This document shows positions 55,165 to 64,000 of a stretch of DNA of 64,000 nucleotides, one piece after another. Origin of the DNA: Polyangiales bacterium (GTDB taxonomy: Bacteria; Myxococcota_A; Polyangia; Polyangiales; Ga0077539). Location of the stretch: the NCBI GenBank assembly GCA_044229975.1, contig JBGARZ010000005.1, positions 224,001-288,000 of the forward strand, read 5' to 3'. The notes under the pieces were generated by a model that saw nothing but the letters and a program-made list of their open reading frames with translations, did no database searches and was not told the origin of the DNA. Both the position numbers and the translations under genes were made by a program. The number at the start of each line of letters is the position of its first letter. Position 1 is the first letter of the stretch.

Positions 55165-55920
55165 CGGAGGCTCGACCGTCGGCTCCGGGGCGGGTGGCGC
55201 GGCCTCTGTCGTCGCAGGTGCGGCCTCGGTGGCGGGCGCTTCATCGTCGCTCAACCCCGCTTGCGAGAGGCGCGCGGTGAGCGCCGCCTGACTCTCCTCG
55301 GAGAGCTCGGTGTACTCGCGCAGCATCGGCAGATCACGCAGCGAGCGCAGCCCGAAGAATTCCAGAAAGAACTTCGACGTCCCGTAGAGCAGCGGCCGCC
55401 CGGGCTCCTCGCGGCGGCCGATGGTGCGCACCAGGTCGCGCTCCAGCAGGATCTTCAGCGCCGACCCGGTGTCGACGCCGCGCACCTCGTCGATCTCGGG
55501 GCGGGTGATGGGCTGCCGGTACGCGACGATGGCGAGCGTCTCCACCTGCGCGCGGCTGAGGCGCACGGGCTTGGCCTGCAACAGCTCGCGGACGAAGGGC
55601 GCGTTGCCCGCGCTCGATCGGAAGAGCCACGCGCCGGCGACCTCGTCGAGGTGGATGCCGCGCGGGAGGTACTCGGTCTGCAACTCGTGGAGGAGTCGAC
55701 GCACCTCGCGCGCTTCGGCGCGGGTGATCTTGGCGAGCTCGGGCACCGTGATGGGGTGATCGCTGACGAAGACGAGGCTCTCCAGCACCGTGCGAAGGTG
55801 CTGCTCGGAGACCGATCGACCGACGGCGCGCGCGACGCCGGGCGACGTGGGGAGGTCACCCTCCTCGTCGGTCTCGGGCTCGGCGGGGGCTTCGCCTTCG
55901 GTCGGGTCGGGGCCGATCAT
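55141..55920 (-). CDS. scpB: SMC-Scp complex subunit ScpB
   Basis: ESLVF, LSRAQVETLAIVAYRQPITR and GRPLLYGT..FLEFFGL. Confidence 0.95.
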   Translation of the reverse strand: MIGPDPTEGEAPAEPETDEEGDLPTSPGVARAVGRSVSEQHLRTVLESLVFVSDHPITVPELAKITRAEAREVRRLLHELQTEYLPRGIHLDEVAGAWLFRSSAGNAPFVRELLQAKPVRLSRAQVETLAIVAYRQPITRPEIDEVRGVDTGSALKILLERDLVRTIGRREEPGRPLLYGTSKFFLEFFGLRSLRDLPMLREYTELSEESQAALTARLSQAGLSDDEAPATEAAPATTEAAPPAPEPTVEPPSADKPSE

Positions 55921-56729
55921 CGCCAGTCGTCCCGCACCACGGCCGCGGCGTCGCCGACGTCGGTGAGCACCAGCGTGACGTGGAGATGTTCGTAGCTCCC
56001 CGACTGGTAGAGGCGCGTCATGCGGAGGCGCGTCATCTCCAGCAGCGCGAGGAAGGTGACCACGAGCTCGGAGACGGTTCCGTCGCTCTCGAAGAGCTCG
56101 TCGAAGCGCATCGAGCGGCGATCTTTCAGGCGCTCGACGAGGCTCTGGATGCGGTCGGCGATGGAGATGCGCTCGGGCGTCACCTCGTGCGCGATGGAGA
56201 GCTTGCGGCGCGAGAGCAGCTTCTGAAACGCCTCGATCATGGCGATGGCCGGGAAGGTCGCGAGCGGCGCCTCGCCCGTCGCGTCGGCGGTGACCTCCAT
56301 CCCGCGGGGAAACACGTCGCGACCTGCGACTCCACGCGCGGCCAGCTCCTCGCCCGCGGCGCGAAACTTCTGGTACTCGAGCAGTCGGCGGACGAGCTCG
56401 GCGCGCGGGTCTTCACCCTGCTCGGCGTCGGGGTCGGCGCCCGCGGCCTCGTCGGGCGGCGGCGACGGCAGGAGCATGCGCGACTTGATGTGCGTGAGCG
56501 TCGCGGCCATGAGCAGGTACTCGGCCGCGAGGTCGAGGTTGAGCTTCTGCATCACGGTCACGTACGAGAGGTAACGCTCGGTGATGAACGAGATGGGGAT
56601 GTCGAAGATGTCGAGTTCGTGCTTCTGGATGAGGTGAAGCAGGAGGTCGAGCGGCCCCTCGAACACGTCGAGCTGCACCCGGACGAGCGGGTCATCGGAG
56701 AAGGGCTCGGCGAGGGCGTCGCTGGTCAC
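55917..56729 (-). CDS. scpA: Segregation/condensation protein ScpA
   Basis: FEGPLDLLLHLI, IKSRMLLP and VVTFLALLEM. Confidence 0.95.
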   Translation of the reverse strand: MTSDALAEPFSDDPLVRVQLDVFEGPLDLLLHLIQKHELDIFDIPISFITERYLSYVTVMQKLNLDLAAEYLLMAATLTHIKSRMLLPSPPPDEAAGADPDAEQGEDPRAELVRRLLEYQKFRAAGEELAARGVAGRDVFPRGMEVTADATGEAPLATFPAIAMIEAFQKLLSRRKLSIAHEVTPERISIADRIQSLVERLKDRRSMRFDELFESDGTVSELVVTFLALLEMTRLRMTRLYQSGSYEHLHVTLVLTDVGDAAAVVRDDWR

Positions 56730-56736
56730 GATGGAC

Positions 56737-57633
56737 TCAACCGCGCGGGTGGAAGCGCGCGTGCGCGGCCTGGAGGTGCTCGACCGTGACGTGCGTGTAG
56801 ATCTGCGTTGTCACGATGTCGGCGTGGCCGAGCATGGTCTGCACGGCGCGGAGGTCGGCGCCGCGCTCCAGCAGGTGCGTGGCGAAGGAGTGGCGGAGCT
56901 TGTGCGGCGAGATGGGGCGGTCGATGCCAGCGACGAGGGCGTACTTCTTGAGCAGCTTCCAGAAGCCCTGGCGGGTCATGGCCGTGCCGCGGTGCGTGAC
57001 GAAGAGGTCGTTGGTGGAGCGGCCCTTGGTGAAGGTCCCGCGCACCGTCTGGAGGTAGAGCATCATCGCTTCGCGGGCGACCTCCCCAAACGGAACGAGC
57101 CGACGCTTCTCCCCCTTGCCGAAGGCGACGAGCACCCCCTGGTCGAGGTCGACGTCGGTGACCTTGAGGTTGACCAGCTCGGACACGCGCAGGCCCGACG
57201 CGTAGAGCACCTGGATCATCGCGCGGTCGCGCACGCCGCGCGGGTTGTTGGCTTCGGGCGCGACGAGCAGCGACTCGACCTCGGGGAAGGTCAGCACGTG
57301 CGGCAGCTTGCGCGGCAGGCGCGGGCCGCTCACCAGCTTCGTCGGGTCGCTCTTCACGCGCCGCTCGGCCACGAGGAACTTGTAGAACCCCCGCAGCGCC
57401 GACAGCTTGCGGGCCTGCGCGCGGGCCGAGAGGCCCTCCTTCGAGAGGGCGATCATCCAGCTCGCGACGTCGCCTCCGTCGATCTCGCAGAAGGTGCGCT
57501 GGAGGTCCTGCCGCACGAAGACGGCGAAGCGCACGAGGTCCGTCGCGTAGGCCTCGACAGAGCGGGCCGCGAGGCCCTTCTCCACCCGGAGGTGCGCGAG
57601 CCACGCGTCGAGCAGCTGGTCATCGTCGGACAC
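56737..57633 (-). CDS. xerD: Tyrosine recombinase XerD
   Basis: LYASGLRVSEL, GKGEKRR, TRQGFW, HKLRHSFATHLL, LGHAD..TTQIYT and HPR end. Confidence 0.93.
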   Translation of the reverse strand: MSDDDQLLDAWLAHLRVEKGLAARSVEAYATDLVRFAVFVRQDLQRTFCEIDGGDVASWMIALSKEGLSARAQARKLSALRGFYKFLVAERRVKSDPTKLVSGPRLPRKLPHVLTFPEVESLLVAPEANNPRGVRDRAMIQVLYASGLRVSELVNLKVTDVDLDQGVLVAFGKGEKRRLVPFGEVAREAMMLYLQTVRGTFTKGRSTNDLFVTHRGTAMTRQGFWKLLKKYALVAGIDRPISPHKLRHSFATHLLERGADLRAVQTMLGHADIVTTQIYTHVTVEHLQAAHARFHPRG

Positions 57634-57685
57634 GGTCGAAAGCTACGGGCCCGGGAGGGGAGAGGGCCAGTTTCAGGCCAAAGCG

Positions 57686-57715
57686 TTGCGTGTTGGCGAA
57701 ACCTGGGGCTATGGT
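57686..57715 (+). promoter_or_regulatory. Putative sigma70-type promoter for the tRNA
   Basis: TTGCGT-N18-TATGGT followed by a GC-rich discriminator, about 25 nt upstream of the tRNA. Confidence 0.5.
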
Positions 57716-57740
57716 GCGCCGGCGTCGCGCGGAGCGCTTC

Positions 57741-57814
57741 GGGCCTATAGCTCAATTGGTTAGAGCCCCTGACTTATAATCGGGAGGTTTCGGGTTCAAG
57801 TCCCGATGGGCCTA
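57741..57814 (+). tRNA. tRNA-Ile with UAU anticodon (tRNA-Ile2-like body)
   Basis: GGGCCTA/TGGGCCT acceptor, GCTC-AATTGGTTA-GAGC D-arm, CCTGA-CTTATAA-TCGGG anticodon arm (TAT at 57775-57777), TCGGG-TTCAAGT-CCCGA T-arm, discriminator A. CCA is not encoded. Confidence 0.92.
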
Positions 57815-57865
57815 TCTCTCCGCACGGTGCAGCGTCCTTGCGGCCCGCTCAGTGGAGAAGACACG

Positions 57866-58576
57866 TTGCGCGAACAGCTCCTTGCCCTGGAAGAACTTGC
57901 CAAGAGCGACCTTGCCTGGCGGCAGATCGACGTCGAGCTGGGGGACGTCGACGCCCACCTCACAGCGACCCGATCAGACGTCGACCGCATCCGCGAACTG
58001 CTCGACCGCGAGCGCCAGCAGCTCACCGATGCTCAGCGCCTGAAGCAGACGCACATCGACGAGCTCGCCACCATCGACGACAAGTCGCAGCGCTCCAAGC
58101 GCCGCCAGGAGGTCGCGCGCAACAACCGCGAGATGGAGGCGATGACCCGCGAGATCGAGGTGCTCAAGAAGGAGCGCGAAGAGCGCACCGCCGAGGCCGC
58201 GCGGCTCGACGAGGTGGTGGCCGCGGTGAGCAAGCAGCTCGCCCAGCACGAGGAGGACTTCAAGGGCCTCACCGACATGCTCGCGACCGAAGAGGCGGAG
58301 GCGGTGAAGGCCCGCGAGGCGCTGCTCGCCCGCAAGGAGCTGCACAAGGGCGCGCGCACCGAGCTCACCGGGCGGGTGAAGCCCGAGATTCTTCGCATCT
58401 ACCAGATCGTGCTCAACCGCCGCGGGACGGCCGTGGCCGAGTGCAAGGACGGCATCTGCCGCGGCTGCTACATGGCGACCCCGCCGCAGCTCTACAACGT
58501 GATGTTGCGCGCCGAGAAGATCATCCAGTGCCCCAACTGCCAGCGCATCCTGCTGCCGCCGAACCTGTCCCGCTGA
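57866..58576 (+). CDS. Coiled-coil + C4 zinc ribbon protein (DUF164/CT398-like)
   Basis: Long coiled coil, then CRGC...CPNCQRIL. TTG start after a GGAG RBS. Confidence 0.88.
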   Translation: MREQLLALEELAKSDLAWRQIDVELGDVDAHLTATRSDVDRIRELLDRERQQLTDAQRLKQTHIDELATIDDKSQRSKRRQEVARNNREMEAMTREIEVLKKEREERTAEAARLDEVVAAVSKQLAQHEEDFKGLTDMLATEEAEAVKAREALLARKELHKGARTELTGRVKPEILRIYQIVLNRRGTAVAECKDGICRGCYMATPPQLYNVMLRAEKIIQCPNCQRILLPPNLSR

Positions 58577-58589
58577 GAAGGCAGTAGGG

Positions 58590-59963
58590 ATGCTCGTCGC
58601 CTGCCCGAAGTGCCAGCGCACCTTTCCGTCCGAGGGCAGCACCTTCTGCCCGCACGACGGGGAGAGGCTGCTGGACATCGCCTCCGTCACGCCCGTGCGC
58701 GACCCGAAGGACCCGCTGGTGACGGCCACGGTCGCGGGCCGCTACGAGCTGCGGCGGGTCATCGCCAACGGCGGCATGGGCCGGGTGTACGAGTCGCGCG
58801 AGATGCAGCAGCAGGAGCGCGTGGCGGTGAAGATCCTGCACGCCGACGTGGCGGAGGACGAGGTGAACATCGAGCGCTTCCGGCGCGAGGCCACCACGTC
58901 GCAGCAGCTCGATCACCCGCACGTGGTGAAGGTGATGGACTTCGCCGCGACGGCGATGCTCCCCGGGCGGCCCGGCAAGAGCTGGTACCTCGTGATGGAG
59001 TACCTCGACGGGGAAGAACTCCGGCACGTCCTCACGCGCGACAAGACGCTGCCGCCGCACCGGGTGATCCGCGTGGTGTCGCAGCTCGCCCTCGCGCTCG
59101 ACTCGGCGCACGCGCGGGGCTTCGTGCACCGCGACATGAAGCCCGACAACGTGTTTCTCGTGCGCGGCGCGGACGGGGACACGGTGAAGCTGCTCGACTT
59201 CGGGTCGGTGAAGTTCACCAAGGGGCAAGACCGCGGGCAGAAGCTCACGGTGATGGGCACCACCATCGGCTCGCCCTTCTACATGTCCCCCGAGCAGGCG
59301 CAGGGCGCGCCCGACCTCGACCAGCGCACGGACGTCTGGGCCGTCGCGGTGATGGTCTACGAGATGTTCGTCGGGAAGGTGCCGTTCTTCGCGCCCAACG
59401 GCGCGCAGATCCTGTTCAAGATTCTCGGCGACGAGCCGATGCCGCCGACCTTCGCCAACCCCGAGGCGCCCGCCGTCCTCGACGACCTGTTGATGAAGGC
59501 GCTGCGCAAGCCGCCGGCCGAGCGCTTCCAGCACGCGGGGGAGTTCGCCAACGCCCTCGGCCACGCCTTCGGCCTCCAGGGGTCCGCCGCCGATTGGGCG
59601 CAGCAGCCCGAGCACGCCATCCACGACGCCATCGAAGCGGCGAGGGCGTCGCGGCCCGCGTCGGTTCCGGCCGCGCCCACGCACGAGTCACTCGCGCCCG
59701 CAGCGCCGGCGCCGGTCTACGACGCGCCGCGGATGTCCGTCCCGATGAACGGCCCGATGTCGCAGGTTCCAGCGGGGCCGATGACGTACCCACACATCAC
59801 CGAAGGACCAGCCTCGTGGGCGGGGCCGATGTCCGTCACGCCGCCGCTCAACCCGTCGATGCCGCCGGCGCTGCCGGTGAAGCGAACGCCCGCGTGGGTG
59901 TTCGTGCTCGCAGGCCTCGGAACGTTGGCGCTGGTGCTGGTCGCGCTCTTCGCGCTGAAGTGA
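58590..59963 (+). CDS. Ser/Thr protein kinase with N-terminal zinc ribbon and C-terminal TM
   Basis: CPKC..FCPHDG, GGMGRVY, HRDMKPDN, DFG and YMSPEQ. Confidence 0.92.
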   Translation: MLVACPKCQRTFPSEGSTFCPHDGERLLDIASVTPVRDPKDPLVTATVAGRYELRRVIANGGMGRVYESREMQQQERVAVKILHADVAEDEVNIERFRREATTSQQLDHPHVVKVMDFAATAMLPGRPGKSWYLVMEYLDGEELRHVLTRDKTLPPHRVIRVVSQLALALDSAHARGFVHRDMKPDNVFLVRGADGDTVKLLDFGSVKFTKGQDRGQKLTVMGTTIGSPFYMSPEQAQGAPDLDQRTDVWAVAVMVYEMFVGKVPFFAPNGAQILFKILGDEPMPPTFANPEAPAVLDDLLMKALRKPPAERFQHAGEFANALGHAFGLQGSAADWAQQPEHAIHDAIEAARASRPASVPAAPTHESLAPAAPAPVYDAPRMSVPMNGPMSQVPAGPMTYPHITEGPASWAGPMSVTPPLNPSMPPALPVKRTPAWVFVLAGLGTLALVLVALFALK

Positions 59964-59967
59964 TCGC

Positions 59968-61278
59968 GTGACGGCAGACGACGCTTCGCCCGAGGTGATC
60001 GTGCTGGGTGGCGGTCCCGCGGGGCTCTCGGCCGCGTTGTGGTGCGCGGGGTTGGGTCTATCCACGTTGCTCGTCGAGGCGCAGCGAGAGGTCGGCGGTC
60101 AGCTCCGGGTCATTCCGTATGCGCTGGAGAACGTCCCAGGGCACACGTCCATCGAGGGCGCGGCGCTCGCCGAGGTGCTGCGCGCGCAGGCCGTCTCACA
60201 GGGCGTGACGGTGCGCTCGGGTGTGCGGGCGCGGCTCGATGAACGGGCGCTGCGGGTCACGCTCGACGGCGCGACGGGCGCTCTCTCGCCGCGCGCGGTG
60301 GTGATCGCGACGGGCGTTCGGAGGAGGCGTCTCGGCGTGCCCGGCGAAGACGCGCTGCTGGGTCACGGGGTGGCGTTCAACATCGGGCGCGACCCGGCGC
60401 GGCTGAAGGGCGCGCGCGTGGTGGTCGTGGGCGGAGGCGACGACGCCGTGGAGCACGCGCACCTCGCGGCGTCACACGCGAGCACGGTGGTGCTGCTGCA
60501 CCGGGGCGAGACGCTGAGCGCGCGCACCGCGTTGCAGACGGCGGTGGAGGCGCACGCCAACGTGACGCGGCGGCCGCACACGCGGGTCGAGTCCATCGAA
60601 GGAGATGGCGCGGTGACGGGCGTGCGGGTGCATGGCCCGCACGGGGTCGAGCTGCTGGCGGCGGACGCGGTGTTCGTGTGCGTGGGGCCCGAGCCGGTGA
60701 GCGCGGGCTTCGGGGTGGCGACCGACGCGAAGGGCTACGTGCGGGTCGACCGCGCGGGCCGGACATCGCGCGCGGGGGTGTTCGCGGTGGGCGACGTGTG
60801 CAGCGCGGAGGCGCCGACGGTGGCGCACGCGATGGGCATGGGATCAGCCGTGGCGAAGGCCATCGCGGCGGGTGAGCTGACGGCGTTGGTGGCACCGGCG
60901 CCGACGGCGGAAGCGAGGCGCGCGAGCGATCGGGTGGGGTTGCAGGGCATCACGCTGCCCGCGCGCATCGGGGCGTACCCGCGAGAGAAGCACCGGCCGC
61001 AGACACTGACCTTCGACCTCGACTTCGACGTCGACGCGGCCCGGGCGGCGCCGACCGACGCGTTGCGCGAGACGGTGGACTACGCCGCGGTGACCGACGT
61101 CATCGCGGAGGTCATCGGGCGGCAGCACTACAACCTCATCGAGACCGTGGCCGACGTGGTGGCGACGACCATCCTGGCGCGCTTCGCGACGCGGCGGGTG
61201 CGGGTGCGGGTCACCAAGCCGGGCGTTCCGCTGCGGCGGGCGTCAGCGGTGGTCGAGGTCGAGCGCTGGGCTCGCTGA
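59968..61278 (+). CDS. folB: TrxB-like FAD/NAD(P) oxidoreductase fused to dihydroneopterin aldolase (FolB)
   Basis: GGGPAGL, IATG, VVGGGD and GVFAVGD, then IGAY..E...Q...D...TVDYA..NLIETVA..VTKP (FolB). Confidence 0.85.
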   Translation: MTADDASPEVIVLGGGPAGLSAALWCAGLGLSTLLVEAQREVGGQLRVIPYALENVPGHTSIEGAALAEVLRAQAVSQGVTVRSGVRARLDERALRVTLDGATGALSPRAVVIATGVRRRRLGVPGEDALLGHGVAFNIGRDPARLKGARVVVVGGGDDAVEHAHLAASHASTVVLLHRGETLSARTALQTAVEAHANVTRRPHTRVESIEGDGAVTGVRVHGPHGVELLAADAVFVCVGPEPVSAGFGVATDAKGYVRVDRAGRTSRAGVFAVGDVCSAEAPTVAHAMGMGSAVAKAIAAGELTALVAPAPTAEARRASDRVGLQGITLPARIGAYPREKHRPQTLTFDLDFDVDAARAAPTDALRETVDYAAVTDVIAEVIGRQHYNLIETVADVVATTILARFATRRVRVRVTKPGVPLRRASAVVEVERWAR

Positions 61279-61283
61279 GAAGG

Positions 61284-62501
61284 TTAGAACGTCCCGCTGA
61301 CGACGAGGCCGTTGCCGAGGAGGTTGGGCGTCACCTGGATGGAAGCGCGACGCGGCGTCGAGCGCGACAGCGCCGACACGACACCGGCGCTGATGGTGAA
61401 CGCCGCCGCCGCGCCCGCGAGGCCGCCCGCGATGTACGAGACGAGCCGGTTCTGGTCGACGGCGTCGGCGTAGCTGTACCCGAGGGCCTGGTAGTAGCTG
61501 CGTCGCATCGGGTCGCTCTCGGCGTTGAAGGCCGCGACGATGCGGTAGTAGTCGTCTTCGAGGGTGTTGGCGTAGAAGAAGAACCCGATGGCCGTGCCGG
61601 TCGCCGCGACGGTGACCGTGAGGCCCGTCCAGAAGGCAGCGCCGACGCCGCGGCTGTGGGAGCTCCCGTCGTCGATGGGAGGCGGCACGACGGGACGTGT
61701 GACGGGCGACGACGGCGGGACCACCGCGAGGCGCACCGGCGGCGGCACCACCACCGGACGAGGCGGCGGCACGACGACCGGCGGAGGCGGAACCACCACG
61801 GGCGGCGGAGGAGGAACGACGACGGGTGGCGGAGGCGGAACCACCACGGGCGGAGGCGGCGCGACCACGACGACGGGTGGAGGCGGCGCGACGATGGGCG
61901 CGGGCGGCTGCATCTCCGGGGCGACGCTCCCGATGTATGCGCGGTTGCGAGCGATATCGAGGGTGAGCGTGACGGTGCCGCCGCCCTCGACGCGGGCCTG
62001 GTATTGGACCGTTCCGCCGCCGGGTTGGCGGGCCTCGATGACGTGCGGGCCGGGGCCCGTCTGGAGCGGCCGACGCAACGGCGCGGTGCCCACCAGGTCA
62101 CCGTCGAGGAACACCTCCGCCCCCGCCGGGAACACCAGCACGCTGATGGTCGCGAGGTGGTTGCGCGCCTCGGCGAGCGCGGCCTGGATCTCCGCGCGCT
62201 GCTGCGCCGACGGGGCGACCGTCGGGTCGTTGAGGAAGCGCTCGAAGGTGCTGATCGCATCCTGCGGGCGGTTGAGCCGCGCGTAGCAGTTGGCGATGTT
62301 GACCAGGATGCTCGGGTGCGGCCGCAGGCGGTACGCGGTGCGGAAGGACTCCAGCGCCTCGGCGTAGTGCTGCTCGGCGAAGGCTTGCACCCCCGTCTGA
62401 AACGCCGCCCTGGCCTCATTGGTCTGAGCGCCCGCGGCGGCGGAGTGGCTCAGCGCAGCGACGAGCGCACCCGCCGCAAGGATCGATCGCGAAGACTTCA
62501 T
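61284..62501 (-). CDS. TPR + PEGA domain exported protein with Pro/Val linker
   Basis: Signal peptide, TPR, PAGAEVFLDG..GTAPL..GPHVIE, and (VVVPPPPP)n. Confidence 0.85.
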   Translation of the reverse strand: MKSSRSILAAGALVAALSHSAAAGAQTNEARAAFQTGVQAFAEQHYAEALESFRTAYRLRPHPSILVNIANCYARLNRPQDAISTFERFLNDPTVAPSAQQRAEIQAALAEARNHLATISVLVFPAGAEVFLDGDLVGTAPLRRPLQTGPGPHVIEARQPGGGTVQYQARVEGGGTVTLTLDIARNRAYIGSVAPEMQPPAPIVAPPPPVVVVAPPPPVVVPPPPPVVVPPPPPVVVPPPPVVVPPPRPVVVPPPVRLAVVPPSSPVTRPVVPPPIDDGSSHSRGVGAAFWTGLTVTVAATGTAIGFFFYANTLEDDYYRIVAAFNAESDPMRRSYYQALGYSYADAVDQNRLVSYIAGGLAGAAAAFTISAGVVSALSRSTPRRASIQVTPNLLGNGLVVSGTF

Positions 62502-62526
62502 GCGTGTTGGTCGGGGAGCGTAACGC

Positions 62527-63477
62527 TCAGTACGGGCTCTCTGTCACGAATCCGGCGCCCTGCGCGCGAGGCGGCGCCGCGGGCCGCGCGGGGGCGGGCT
62601 CGGCGGCAGCGGCCGCCGGGCGACGCGGGGCACGGACGACAGGTTGCGGTCGGGCAGGCTCGTGTTCACGCGGGGTGCGGTGTCGATCGACGACGGGCTC
62701 GGGGGCCGCGACGACGGCGGGAGCGGGCGGAGGTTCCGGGGCCGCGACCACGGCGGGAGCGGGCGGAGGCTCCGGGGCCGCGACCGGAGCAGGCTCCGGC
62801 GCGGGTGCAGGCGCCGCCACGACCGGGGGCGCGACGGGCTCTGCGGGAGCGGGTGCGACCGCAGGAGCGGCGGGCGTCGGCTCGGTCGGAGGGGCAACGA
62901 GCGTCGGCTCGGCGACGGGCGCGGGGACGGCGGACACCGGCGGGGCGGTCTCCGGGGTCGGGGAGGAGCTGCGACCGAAGCCGAAGAAGAGGCCACCCGC
63001 GAGCAGCAGCGCGCCGCCGACCGCGGCCCAGACCAGGTTGCTCTTGCGGGGCTTCTCGACGAGGTCGTCGTTGGCCCGCATCGAGGGAGGCGGGCGCACG
63101 GACGGTGGACGACGGGCGGGGCGCTCGCTCGCCTTCACGATGGTCGGCGTCATCACCGACTCGGAGGCGATGACCCCGGGGGCCTTGGAGGGCGTGGTGA
63201 CGGTCGGCGCGGGCGGCGGGAGGTCGCCGGCCGGGACGTCGTCGTGGATCGATGCGAGCAGCGAGCTGACCTCGGCGCTGGGCGCCGCGAAGGCTCCGGG
63301 CGTGATGGAGGCAGGGGGCGGGGCCGCGAGGGTGGCGCTGGCGGCGTCGAGGCCGAGCTCCCAGCTCGGGGTGATGGCGAGCGCTGCGCTCTCGAACTCG
63401 TCGTCGCTGAGGGTGCCCTGCCGCCAGAGCGGCCGGTCGGAGGAGCGTTGCGTCGATTCGTCCAGCGCAGTCATCAA
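62527..63477 (-). CDS. Pro/Ala-rich single-pass membrane protein
   Basis: Central TM and terminal GFVTESPY, a short motif type seen in proteins encoded next to PEGA/TPR genes in myxobacteria. Confidence 0.65.
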   Translation of the reverse strand: MMTALDESTQRSSDRPLWRQGTLSDDEFESAALAITPSWELGLDAASATLAAPPPASITPGAFAAPSAEVSSLLASIHDDVPAGDLPPPAPTVTTPSKAPGVIASESVMTPTIVKASERPARRPPSVRPPPSMRANDDLVEKPRKSNLVWAAVGGALLLAGGLFFGFGRSSSPTPETAPPVSAVPAPVAEPTLVAPPTEPTPAAPAVAPAPAEPVAPPVVAAPAPAPEPAPVAAPEPPPAPAVVAAPEPPPAPAVVAAPEPVVDRHRTPREHEPARPQPVVRAPRRPAAAAAEPAPARPAAPPRAQGAGFVTESPY

Positions 63478-63770
63478 TGGGGCCTCACCCGGGTTTTTGA
63501 GGTGCCCACGCTAGCGTCACGGCCACGGCGGCGCAACGGAACGTCAGGCAGCTTGATGCGAGTCATGCGTGACACCGGTCCCGCAGGCGGAGCGCTGATA
63601 GCACGCGAGTCCGACGTGCGCTCCGACGGGTCGGGGCGCGCCGGCCTTGGGACGCATCGGCGCGTCGTCTGGTTTTCATCAGCGAGCAGAACTATGGTCC
63701 GCGCGCTTTCGCGGGCCGCTGATCGGTTCGCGGGCTCTTTCCCTGCCCACCACAAAGTCTCTACGCCACC

Positions 63771-64000
63771 GTGAGCGACGTCACCTCCAGGATCTTCTCG
63801 CCCGCCGATCGCTGGGCCATGACGCGCGCGCTGTCCGAGGCCGTCCAGGGGGCGCCCTCCCCCAATCCTCCGGTGGGCGCCGTGGTCGTGCGGGACGGCA
63901 CCATCTATGGCCTGGGGCACCACCACCGCGCGGGCGAAGAGCACGCCGAGGCCATGGCCCTGCGCCATGCGGGAGACGACGCGCGCGGCGCCACGGTCTT
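63771..64000 (+). CDS. ribD: Riboflavin biosynthesis protein RibD, N-terminal part (runs off the window)
   Basis: Manual translation: ...MTRALSEAVQGAPSPNPPVGAVVVRDG..GHHHRAGEEHAEAMALRHAG..ARGAT. Confidence 0.92.
   Translation, partial: MSDVTSRIFSPADRWAMTRALSEAVQGAPSPNPPVGAVVVRDGTIYGLGHHHRAGEEHAEAMALRHAGDDARGATV

Noticed and set aside
56737..57814. Integrase next to a tRNA suggesting a prophage or island
   Set aside because: The recombinase is a typical XerD in an operon with scpA/scpB. It lies at the tRNA 5' side, and no att repeat or phage genes are present.
61730..62830. Short tandem GC-rich repeats
   Set aside because: They encode Pro/Val and Pro/Ala linkers in two membrane or exported proteins.
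63478..63770. FMN riboswitch upstream of ribD
   Set aside because: The conserved RFN sequence blocks are not present on the sense strand.

Overview
Very GC-rich chromosomal DNA, most likely from a myxobacterium (Myxococcota, Polyangia-like). This is inferred from a MYXO-CTERM protein, PEGA/TPR proteins, three Hanks-type Ser/Thr kinases and many Cys-rich lipoproteins. The window starts with a type VI secretion spike module (DUF2169-pentapeptide, pentapeptide, PAAR-like DUF4150, partial vgrG). Housekeeping genes follow (prs, TIGR03960 radical SAM, pyrimidine nucleoside phosphorylase, hemE, hemY, DEAD helicase, fni, gltA, ruvA, scpB/scpA, xerD, partial ribD), interleaved with many secreted or lipoprotein genes and two tRNAs. 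Most notable: (1) an intact tRNA-Ile2-like gene whose anticodon reads UAU instead of CAU, suggesting lysidine/TilS-independent AUA decoding; (2) three lipoproteins built from six secretin N0/N1-like modules with no secretin barrel; (3) a Cys-rich exported protein with a Hedgehog-like Hint domain; (4) a CxxC-less TrxB-like flavoprotein fused to FolB; (5) two REPIN/MITE-like long inverted repeats and a 43-bp phased repeat array. All calls come from reading motifs by eye, and no searches were run. Start codons are my best choices within the supplied ORFs.
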